56,072 nucleotides of DNA from Steroidobacteraceae bacterium (GTDB lineage Bacteria; Pseudomonadota; Gammaproteobacteria; Steroidobacterales; Steroidobacteraceae). How positions within the stretch are numbered: the first letter of the stretch is position 1; each line of letters opens with the position of its first letter. The notes beneath the pieces were generated by a model. That model had not been told where the DNA came from, did not search any database, and saw nothing but the letters and a program-made list of their open reading frames with translations. The stretch is taken from assembly GCA_036496405.1 (NCBI GenBank), contig DASXLF010000564.1:1-56072 (forward strand). The letters run 5' to 3'. Shown here piece after piece: positions 1 through 7,496 of the stretch. The position numbers and the translations under genes were made by a program.

Positions 1-1046
1 ACGCCGCGCCGATAGAAGACGGTCGAACGCAGCAGATAGGCCACCGGCATCACCGCCAGTACTACTGCCAGCTGTCCCACCTCGACGCCCATGTTGAAAG
101 CGATCAGCGAGACCAGGCGCGCCCCCTGAGGCAGCCCCATGTCGGACAGGACCGAGGCAAATCCAAAGCCGTGCAGCAGTCCAAATGCGAATGCGATTCG
201 CCAGCGTCCTTCCGTGATGCGAGGAAAAACATTATTCAGTGCGGCGACTATGATGGAAGCGGCGATCACCGATTCGGTGAGTCGGCCCGGCAACCGGATG
301 ACATCGAACGCCGCCAGCGACAGCGTGATGGAATGCGCGAGCGTAAACGCTGTGACCACCTTAACGATATTGGTGAAGGCTGGTGTGGCTATGGCCACCG
401 CTTCCCAGCGATTGTGACGGCGCACCAGCACCGCCGGCAGCAACAACGACAGCAGAAACAGGAGGTGATCGATGCCGCTCCAGATGTGCCAGATGCCGGC
501 GCGCAGGTACTCGACGAATGCCAACCAGGGCGATGGATGATCCAGCTGGAACACGCGCGCCGCCGATGTGCCGCCGAGCACTCCCGTTTGCACAAAGCCA
601 TCGGCGCTGAGCGCGAGCAGACCCCGATGCGAAGGATCGGCCTCGTTGAGCACGGTATAACCGATTGTCAGACGCTTGAGCGCACTGCCGCAGTCGGCGC
701 TGAGCGGCAGCCATAAATAGTTGCCGTCGACCCGCTGATTGACCTGCAGTGGACCAAAACTCATTTGGCAGGCGCCCCCGGGGCCGGCGAGATGAATGGT
801 TCGCAGCACGTAAGCCTGCAGGGCCGACTGACTCGCGCGCAGCTCGCCCCAGGTGACCTTGCCGTCGCGGTTGCGATCCAGTCCTACCGCGAGTTCGCCG
901 TCGCGAATGGCCAGCTCCAGCGCGCCGGAGACGTGCGATTCTTCGACCTGCAGACTCAGGAAGCCGTTGCTGGCAATGTGGGCCTGCGCCAGCGGACCGA
1001 CAGTCAGCAATGCCAGGGCCGCCAGCCATTTTTTTGGGCCGCTCAT
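1..1046 (-). CDS. HupE/UreJ-family metal permease (C-terminus cut off by window edge; absent from supplied ORF track)
   Basis: My own translation of the minus strand from the ATG at 1046 gives MSGPKKWLAALALLTVGPLAQA/HIASNG..., a signal peptide. An EF-hand-like loop DRNRDGKVTWGE follows. The membrane core carries GIWHIWSGIDHLLFLLSLLL, AFTLAHSITLS and FGLLHGFGFA, which are HupE/UreJ-type signatures. The frame stays open to position 1. The start overlaps the upstream gene's stop in ATGA (1043-1046). Confidence 0.8.
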   Translation of the reverse strand, partial: MSGPKKWLAALALLTVGPLAQAHIASNGFLSLQVEESHVSGALELAIRDGELAVGLDRNRDGKVTWGELRASQSALQAYVLRTIHLAGPGGACQMSFGPLQVNQRVDGNYLWLPLSADCGSALKRLTIGYTVLNEADPSHRGLLALSADGFVQTGVLGGTSAARVFQLDHPSPWLAFVEYLRAGIWHIWSGIDHLLFLLSLLLPAVLVRRHNRWEAVAIATPAFTNIVKVVTAFTLAHSITLSLAAFDVIRLPGRLTESVIAASIIVAALNNVFPRITEGRWRIAFAFGLLHGFGFASVLSDMGLPQGARLVSLIAFNMGVEVGQLAVVLAVMPVAYLLRSTVFYRRG

Positions 1047-2233
1047 CGCGCCGCGACCGCTGCCGTGGGCGGGAAGGCCAGGCGTGCGTCGCGCAGACCC
1101 TGCGAGCGCACGAAATCCAGCGCCGGCGCCGCCGCGCCCGGATTGCCCGCGGCGCGGGCCGCGCTCACGAATACCAGCACGTCGTCGGGTTCGCGCTGAA
1201 CCGCCCAATTCTCGCTGGCGACCGCCAGAGCCCGTTGCGGTTGTTGCCGGACCTCGAGCAGAAATCTCGCTTGCTCGCGCCGGTGCACGGCTTCGCCACG
1301 CTGCATTTCCGCCGCAAACGCCGCCTCCAGCCGGGCACTGCTTTGCGCCAGCTGCGGGTCATGCAGTTGTTTCTGAGCAATCGCAATTCTCAGCAGCAGC
1401 GGCTCGAAACTGTCCTGCCCCTGCAGCAACGTCAAAGTCTCGCTGGCGCGCCCCTGGCGCAATAACAAATCGGCCAGCGCGGCGCGGACGTAGTAATCCG
1501 TGGGCACCAGGCTGAGGTCCTGCTCAAACCAGCGCTGCGCGTCGGCATCCTGGCCCAGACGCACCGCCATTTCCCCCAGTTCGGAATACAACCAGGATCT
1601 TTCGGAGTTGAGCCAGCCTTGCGTGGATATCTGCGTCAACGCCGCATAGGCGGTGTCCAGATGACCATTGAGTGCGCGCAGGCTTTGCAGGCATAGCGCG
1701 GCGAGCCGCGGATCCACCCGATGCCCGAACTGCTCGCAAGCCGTGCCGGCTTCCCGATAGCGTCCTAGCACCCGCAGAATCGTGGCCCGCGTCAGCAGAG
1801 CTTGCGGATCGTTGGGACGCATGCCCAGGGCACGGTCCAGAGTCGTCAGCGCGGCGCCGAATTCGTGTCGGCTTTGCTGGACCGTCGCGTGCAGTATCAG
1901 TGCCGCCGGGTCGACCGATCGACCGTCCACCCAGGGCAGCAACACCACATCGGCATAGCCGAGGTAGCGCAGATCCCCTGTGAGACGCGATTGCTGGATA
2001 TAGAACTGCGCCAGGGGTACGGCCACATCCACTCGGCCTTGCGCCAGCCGCCGCGCCGACTGATCGGAGTAGCGCGTGCCGGCGGGCAACTCCGCCAGTA
2101 CCACAGCATCGTCAGTAGGCAGGAATGGATTGGCCTGTGCTGGAGGCTGACACGCAGCAAACAGCACCGCCCCGACGATCAGGCCCGCCAGCCGGCCCCG
2201 CAGCACGCGGGGCCGACCGAGGGCGTCGCTCAT
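1043..2233 (-). CDS. Secreted tetratricopeptide-repeat (TPR) protein
   Basis: 396 aa ORF with an N-terminal signal-like segment (LIVGAVLFAACQPPAQA). The body is Ala/Leu/Arg-rich and helical with repeated TPR-like A..Y...G/A patterns. It has ATGA overlaps with both flanking genes. Confidence 0.75.
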   Translation of the reverse strand: MSDALGRPRVLRGRLAGLIVGAVLFAACQPPAQANPFLPTDDAVVLAELPAGTRYSDQSARRLAQGRVDVAVPLAQFYIQQSRLTGDLRYLGYADVVLLPWVDGRSVDPAALILHATVQQSRHEFGAALTTLDRALGMRPNDPQALLTRATILRVLGRYREAGTACEQFGHRVDPRLAALCLQSLRALNGHLDTAYAALTQISTQGWLNSERSWLYSELGEMAVRLGQDADAQRWFEQDLSLVPTDYYVRAALADLLLRQGRASETLTLLQGQDSFEPLLLRIAIAQKQLHDPQLAQSSARLEAAFAAEMQRGEAVHRREQARFLLEVRQQPQRALAVASENWAVQREPDDVLVFVSAARAAGNPGAAAPALDFVRSQGLRDARLAFPPTAAVAAR

Positions 2234-2490
2234 GTGCCGTCTACCACCGTCGCCGACTGTGAATCGTCGACCGGTGTAAAGGCGTATGCCCCGCCATTGA
2301 CCTCAAATGGCAGCGTGCTGTCAGAGGTCTTGGTGTTCACAATCGTGAGCACCGCTGCCGTATCGAGGAACGTCGTGCTGCTGGCGGGCGGCGCCACCGG
2401 GCTCGAGGCCGTGTGGCTGTTACCGCCGCAGCCGGCAAGCGCCATGCACCCGGCTGCGGCGCCACTGATCAATGCAATCTTGGCTTTCAT
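2230..2490 (-). CDS. Small lipoprotein, unknown function
   Basis: I trimmed the start to the ATG at 2490 (MKAKIALISGAAAGCMALAGC/GGN), which has a lipobox and a GAGGA Shine-Dalgarno upstream. It lies 10 nt downstream of the DUF4331 stop. Its stop overlaps the TPR start. Confidence 0.6.
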   Translation of the reverse strand: MKAKIALISGAAAGCMALAGCGGNSHTASSPVAPPASSTTFLDTAAVLTIVNTKTSDSTLPFEVNGGAYAFTPVDDSQSATVVDGT

Positions 2491-2500
2491 GCGTATGTCC

Positions 2501-4048
2501 TCAGAGCGTTGCACTGATCGGTGAGCCGGCGATCGGGGTATTCAGATAAGGGAAGGCCGGCAAGTACGCGGTCGGATCGGGCTCGACACCGTCGGTGTAA
2601 CCCAGTTGTCGTGAGGCGTCGGACGCCGGGTCGGGATCCATGGAGCTGCCATCGAATGGGGTGAGCAATACACCCATGGCGGCACGCAGGGTGATATCCA
2701 CCACATCATCGATCGGGCGGCGGCCGTTCGGGAAGCCGCTCATATCCCCCGCCAGCACACCGAGATCCAATTGTGCGCCCATGGGGGTCACTGTGGTGCT
2801 GGTATTGAGACGCAGCTCCTCTGACGGCGTGACCGTCGCTGGCTTATTGAGTCCCGTAATACCAGTCAGGAACACCGCTTCCAGGTCGGTGCGCGGATAC
2901 ACGTTCGGCGCCACGACTCCGGCACTGCCAAACAGTGCCTGCAGCAGCACCGGCAGCGAAGGATTGGTCACGTAGTCGGCGAACTGCGCATCGCCCGATG
3001 GCGTGGTGGTATTCCAGCGATCCTTGTCGGGAAGACCAATCACCAGTTCATTGACCAGCGGCATACCCAGGCGCGAGACCTGCAGCCACGCGCCGCCGGC
3101 CAGTTCCGGACCGGTGGGTGAAGTCACGGCGCCGACGCTGGCAACGCTCTTGGCGCTTTGGGGCGCGGGATTGAGCACCGATGCCTGGCGCAGACTTGCG
3201 GTGGTGTAACCGCCGATGACCGGGTCGCTACCGCTGGTCAGGCAGGAGGCCGGCACTTCGAGTTCGAGCGCGGTGACGTTATAGCCGGCCAGGGAGTTGG
3301 GAACGTAGTTGCGGCCGTTGACACCACCGGGGGCGAGCTGCGTGGCCGGATACTTGATGTTGACCAGATCGAAAGTCTCCCCAAGGTTGACCACGAACGG
3401 ATCCTGGCGCTGGCCGACGAACACCTTGCCCGGCATGCTGCAGCCCGGAATGGTGATCGGATAGATGAAGTCCGCGGCGTAAGCGGCATAGTTCGGGATG
3501 GACTTGGCACCGATATTGTCCAGCGGTTTGCCGAATGTAGTCGCGCCGGTGTTGGCATTGGCGATGGCGGTGGCGGTGCCGCTGCGGCGATCGCCTTTGA
3601 TCAGCGTGAGCGTGTATGTCTGCACCACGTTTTGCGAGGCAGAGTTCGAACCGCTCACCGGGCCGATGTTGATCAATGGCACCGGAATCGACTTGCTGCC
3701 GGCCATGACCGACAGCCCGGCGTTCGTGGTGGTGAAACGAAACTGAAAGGTCAGATTGGCGGTGCCGGAGCCGGTATTGTCGATCGAGATCTCGTACAGC
3801 GCATTGTCATCGAGATTGAAATAGTTCGGACCGCCCTGCGGGTCCTGCAAGGGCAGGTAGTTCGCCACCAAGGTTACGTAGCCGGCCCTTCCGGCCTCAT
3901 AGCTGTTGAACATGTAGAAGTCAGTGCCGTCCACCGTCGGACGAGTGCTGATGAAGGGTGCCTCGCGGTGGCTGGAAGCCAACGCTCCCCCGGCAACACA
4001 GGCGGCGACTATTGCCATGATCAGTTGGCTGCTTTTGGCCTTGCGCAT
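2501..4048 (-). CDS. DUF4331-family secreted protein
   Basis: I trimmed the start to the ATG at 4048 (MRKAKSSQLIMAIVAACVAGGALA/SSHREAPFIS), preceded by a GGGGAG SD. SSHREAP directly after the signal peptide, followed by DGTDFYMF and NALYEI, is what I remember as the DUF4331 hallmark. The 543 aa track version adds an implausible N-terminal extension. Confidence 0.85.
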   Translation of the reverse strand: MRKAKSSQLIMAIVAACVAGGALASSHREAPFISTRPTVDGTDFYMFNSYEAGRAGYVTLVANYLPLQDPQGGPNYFNLDDNALYEISIDNTGSGTANLTFQFRFTTTNAGLSVMAGSKSIPVPLINIGPVSGSNSASQNVVQTYTLTLIKGDRRSGTATAIANANTGATTFGKPLDNIGAKSIPNYAAYAADFIYPITIPGCSMPGKVFVGQRQDPFVVNLGETFDLVNIKYPATQLAPGGVNGRNYVPNSLAGYNVTALELEVPASCLTSGSDPVIGGYTTASLRQASVLNPAPQSAKSVASVGAVTSPTGPELAGGAWLQVSRLGMPLVNELVIGLPDKDRWNTTTPSGDAQFADYVTNPSLPVLLQALFGSAGVVAPNVYPRTDLEAVFLTGITGLNKPATVTPSEELRLNTSTTVTPMGAQLDLGVLAGDMSGFPNGRRPIDDVVDITLRAAMGVLLTPFDGSSMDPDPASDASRQLGYTDGVEPDPTAYLPAFPYLNTPIAGSPISATL

Positions 4049-4184
4049 CGAAGAGCTCCCCCGAAAATGTGAATGAGGTTGTTGCTGCAGTTGATACGAA
4101 CGGCACCGCAGATCGGATGCAATCGGGCACAAGAATTGTCGCTGTAGATTTTGCAGAGCGTTCGGCGCTCAAACCTCGGTTAGC

Positions 4185-5075
4185 ATGCTGGCCGTGAAAC
4201 TTCCGCGACATGGCTGCCGCTCCACGTTCGGTCTCGGGGTCGCGTTGGCCGCGATCACCCTGAGTGGCTGCACCCGGCTGGGCCTGCTGACACTCAATAC
4301 CGTCGCGAGCTTCAGCGAATATTCGCGGCACAGCGGTTTGGTATATGGGCCTGCCGCCGCCGATCGCCTCGATGTCTATCAACCTCGACACGCGGTCGCT
4401 GCACCCGTGGTGGTGTTCTTCTTTGGTGGTGGCTGGGACAGCGGCGACAAGGCGGAGTACAAATTCGTCGGTGCTGCTCTGGCCGCCGCAGGGATCGTGA
4501 CCGTGATCCCCGACTACACCCTGTACCCTCGCGGCAAATTTCCGCGCTTCATGCAGGATGCCGCCCGCAGCGTCGCCTGGACGCGTGCGCATGCGCGAGA
4601 ATGGGGCGGCGATCCGGATCAGCTCTTTCTGATCGGGCATTCAGCCGGCGCGCAGATTGCAGTGCTGCTGGCCCTCGATGAAGAGTATCTGCGCCAGGTC
4701 GGCGGCAGCGGTCAATGGGTCCGAGGAGTCGTCGGCTTGGCCGGACCTTATGATTTTCTCCCCTTTACGGAAGCTTATCTCAACGATTTGTTTGGGCCGC
4801 CGGCTAAGTTTCCCCGCTCACAGCCGATCAACTACGTCCGGCCCGGCGCGCCCCCACTGCTGCTCATGCATGGCCTGCGCGATAAGCGCGTGAGCCCGGC
4901 CAATACGCGCAGCCTGGCCGCCGCCGTGCAGCTGATCGGCGGCGATGTCAGCACTCAGTATTTTCCGCGCGCCAACCACGGCGATCTGGCAGCCGCCTTC
5001 TCGCCGCTGCGCCGGGGTTTGCCGGTGTTGCCGGATATCCTGAAGTTCATTGCCGATCACGAACTTGCGCACTAG
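4185..5075 (+). CDS. Alpha/beta-hydrolase-fold esterase/lipase lipoprotein
   Basis: Lipobox AITLSGC, oxyanion-type FFFGGGW and nucleophile elbow GHSAGA are present. The C-terminal MHGLRD...H is consistent with the remaining catalytic residues. Confidence 0.8.
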   Translation: MLAVKLPRHGCRSTFGLGVALAAITLSGCTRLGLLTLNTVASFSEYSRHSGLVYGPAAADRLDVYQPRHAVAAPVVVFFFGGGWDSGDKAEYKFVGAALAAAGIVTVIPDYTLYPRGKFPRFMQDAARSVAWTRAHAREWGGDPDQLFLIGHSAGAQIAVLLALDEEYLRQVGGSGQWVRGVVGLAGPYDFLPFTEAYLNDLFGPPAKFPRSQPINYVRPGAPPLLLMHGLRDKRVSPANTRSLAAAVQLIGGDVSTQYFPRANHGDLAAAFSPLRRGLPVLPDILKFIADHELAH

Positions 5076-5695
5076 GACGGCGCTTGCGCATCGATGTCCG
5101 CAAAACTGCCGTCCGGCTGCAGCATCGTCAGAATACCGGAGCGAATGTCGAAGATCGTGCCGGTGAGCTTCAATTGCCGTGCAGCCACACGCTCCGCGAG
5201 CCAGGGAAACGTCAACAGGTTCTCCAGCGACAGCTTGACCGATTCTTGTTCGCAGTCGCTCTGCGGATCGGCGCTTGCGCGTTCCAGAACTCGCCGCCGC
5301 GCCGGCTCGGCGATGCGCATCCAGGGCACCAGGAAGTCGCCGGCCGGATCCGGCGCGCCGTGCAGCAGAACCCGGATGCCGCCGCACATGGCATGTCCCA
5401 TGACGATCAAGTCCCTGACCTCGAGCACGCGCACTGCGAACTCGAGGGCGGCGCTGGTGGCGTGAAACGCCAGATCGGGCTGATAAGGCGGCACGAGGTT
5501 GGCGACATTTCTCAGAATGAACAGATCACCCAGTTCGGCGTTGAAAATCATGGTCGGATCGACCCGGCTGTCCGAGCAGGCGATCACCATGGTTCGTGGC
5601 GATTGACCGTCCGATGCCAGGTGCTCGAACACCCTCTGGCGCTCTGGCCAACGCTCGGCGCGAAAGCGCCGGTAGCCCTCGATCAAATGTTTCAT
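5072..5695 (-). CDS. Beta-class carbonic anhydrase
   Basis: Zinc-ligand motifs CSDSRV and GHAMCGG are present. The length of 207 aa is typical. Confidence 0.9.
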   Translation of the reverse strand: MKHLIEGYRRFRAERWPERQRVFEHLASDGQSPRTMVIACSDSRVDPTMIFNAELGDLFILRNVANLVPPYQPDLAFHATSAALEFAVRVLEVRDLIVMGHAMCGGIRVLLHGAPDPAGDFLVPWMRIAEPARRRVLERASADPQSDCEQESVKLSLENLLTFPWLAERVAARQLKLTGTIFDIRSGILTMLQPDGSFADIDAQAPS

Positions 5696-5705
5696 GTCTG
5701 CGACC

Positions 5706-6188
5706 TCACGTGGCTAACGTCATTGCGACATCGGCGGCGAGACTCTCGGGTGTGTCCGATGGCGCGTAGCGCTTGCGCGGCTCCCCGTCCCTGCCGATCA
5801 GAAACTTGGTGAAATTCCATTTGATCGCCTCGGTGCCGAGGATTCCCGGCCGGGCCTCCTTCAGATAGCGATACAACGGATGCGCGTCCGCTCCATTGAC
5901 GTCAATCTTGGCAAATAGCGGGAAACTGACGTCATAGGTGAGCGAGCAGAAGGATTTGATCTGCGCCTCGTCGCCCGGTTCCTGGTGGCCGAATTGATCG
6001 CACGGAAAACCCAGCACCAGCAAGCCGCGTTCCCGATATTGGCGATACAGAGCTTCGAGACCGGCGTATTGTGGCGTGAACCCACATTTGCTGGCGACAT
6101 TGACCACCAGCAGCGATTTACCCCGGTACACCGATAGCAACTGCTCGTGGCCGTCGATGGTGCGGACTGAAAAGTCGTAGACGCTCAT
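5706..6188 (-). CDS. Glutathione peroxidase (Cys type)
   Basis: Motifs NVASKCGFTPQY, LGFPCDQFGHQEPG and WNFTKFL are canonical for GPx. Confidence 0.9.
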   Translation of the reverse strand: MSVYDFSVRTIDGHEQLLSVYRGKSLLVVNVASKCGFTPQYAGLEALYRQYRERGLLVLGFPCDQFGHQEPGDEAQIKSFCSLTYDVSFPLFAKIDVNGADAHPLYRYLKEARPGILGTEAIKWNFTKFLIGRDGEPRKRYAPSDTPESLAADVAMTLAT

Positions 6189-6203
6189 GGATACCTCTCG
6201 CCA

Positions 6204-7091
6204 TCAGCCGGTCGGGTCGTCAGCCACGGGCTCGATTTGATGAAACTTCGTGTAATCGAAACTATCGGTCCCGTTCTCACTGCTCAGCATATCGATGAAG
6301 TTATGATTCCAGCGCACACTCGAAGGCGGATAGTGCTTGCGCGCCATCAATGTCTGGCCGGTGGTTTCATCCGTGCCGCTCACTGTCAGCAGCAGACTGG
6401 CGTGCGACTCGGCCAGGGACTGCGCGGTCTGACCGTACAGCGGGCTTGCGGCATCGATAGTGTGCAAAAGGGTCCAGCCGAAAACGAAAATCGGATGGTG
6501 ATCGCGTCGCAGGGGCAGGTCGTGGATGCGACGCAGCGGATAGCCCTCGACCGTGCGCTCCTGGCGAATCAATCGCAGTTGTGCCTGGGCTTCCATGATG
6601 ATGTTCTGGCGCGCGTTGGCGGCGCGCAGCATCAGGGTAAGCTGTCCGTCAATGCGCCGGATCACCACCTCGTTGGCAAACATGAAGCGCGCAAACGGCC
6701 GCGAAAAGCGCGCAAACATCATGCCGGCAATCAGCGCCACACTCATCATGCCGACAAAAATCTCGACTGCGGCGACAATGTGCGAGAACAGCGACTGCGG
6801 GTGCATATCGCCGTATCCGACCGTAGCCAGGGTCTCGACGCTGAAGAAGAATATGCCCCAGTAGCCCGGCGGGTTGACATTGGCGATGTCGCCCGGCTGC
6901 AGGCTGTAGACCAGCGCAAACACCAGATTGAACAGCAGAAAAAACCCTGCGAAGGCGGCGAACAACACGGGCCAGGTGACGGTCATGAACAGGTGATAGA
7001 GGTCATGCCAGATGCGGCGCGGCAGACCGCGGGTAATGATCTGGCGCCCGGCGAGCGTCAGGCGCCGGTCAGTGGGTTGGCGGAAAATCAT
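6204..7091 (-). CDS. Inward-rectifier-type potassium channel (KirBac family)
   Basis: Two transmembrane helices flank a pore helix and the selectivity filter TVGYGD. A cytoplasmic beta-rich Kir C-terminal domain follows. Confidence 0.85.
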   Translation of the reverse strand: MIFRQPTDRRLTLAGRQIITRGLPRRIWHDLYHLFMTVTWPVLFAAFAGFFLLFNLVFALVYSLQPGDIANVNPPGYWGIFFFSVETLATVGYGDMHPQSLFSHIVAAVEIFVGMMSVALIAGMMFARFSRPFARFMFANEVVIRRIDGQLTLMLRAANARQNIIMEAQAQLRLIRQERTVEGYPLRRIHDLPLRRDHHPIFVFGWTLLHTIDAASPLYGQTAQSLAESHASLLLTVSGTDETTGQTLMARKHYPPSSVRWNHNFIDMLSSENGTDSFDYTKFHQIEPVADDPTG

Positions 7092-7135
7092 GGGCTAAGT
7101 GTAGCCCGGACAGGTATTTCCTACAGGGGGGTCGT

Positions 7136-7492
7136 ATGGCGGTATCGGCGGAACTCAAGCGACTGCGCAAGGTGGCGCGCGACACCAAGCGGCGCGTACG
7201 TGCGCTCAAGGATGAATTGAAATCAGCCAGAAAGGCGGCCAGGAAGGCGCGCAAACAACTGCGCAAGCTCGCGGACGTCAAACCGCGGGCGCGTGTTAGC
7301 GCGCGCACAAAGAAGCCGGCCGTCGCCACAAAATCGCGGAAGAAGCGTCGCATCCCCGCCACCCGACGGATCCGAGCGGCAACCGCAGACAATGCCGCGG
7401 CGGCTGCCGCCGGCGCGTCCGGCCAGTCCGGCGCGAGTTCTCTCGGCAGTGTCGAAGGCGTGACGCCCAGTCTTCGGTCCGGGATCGAATAG
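7136..7492 (+). CDS. Hypothetical highly basic (Lys/Arg-rich) coiled-coil protein
   Basis: 118 aa ORF with GC-rich third codon positions and an AGGGGGG SD 5 nt upstream of the ATG. The sequence LKRLRKVARDTKRRVRALKDELKSARKAARKARKQLRKL is heptad-like. I recognise no family. Confidence 0.45.
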   Translation: MAVSAELKRLRKVARDTKRRVRALKDELKSARKAARKARKQLRKLADVKPRARVSARTKKPAVATKSRKKRRIPATRRIRAATADNAAAAAAGASGQSGASSLGSVEGVTPSLRSGIE

Positions 7493-7496
7493 CTGC

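Noticed and set aside
171-1029. Track ORFs 171-716 (+), 361-1029 (-), 139-417 (+) and 383-610 (+) at the left edge
   Set aside because: They are Arg/Gly/Ala-rich and low-complexity, with no motifs. They overlap another minus-strand frame that translates cleanly into a HupE/UreJ-like membrane protein running off the window edge.
7069-7392. 107-aa minus-strand ORF opposite the basic coiled-coil ORF
   Set aside because: It would overlap the KirBac start and has no SD. I judged the plus-strand ORF, which has a good SD, as the more likely of the two. Neither is certain.
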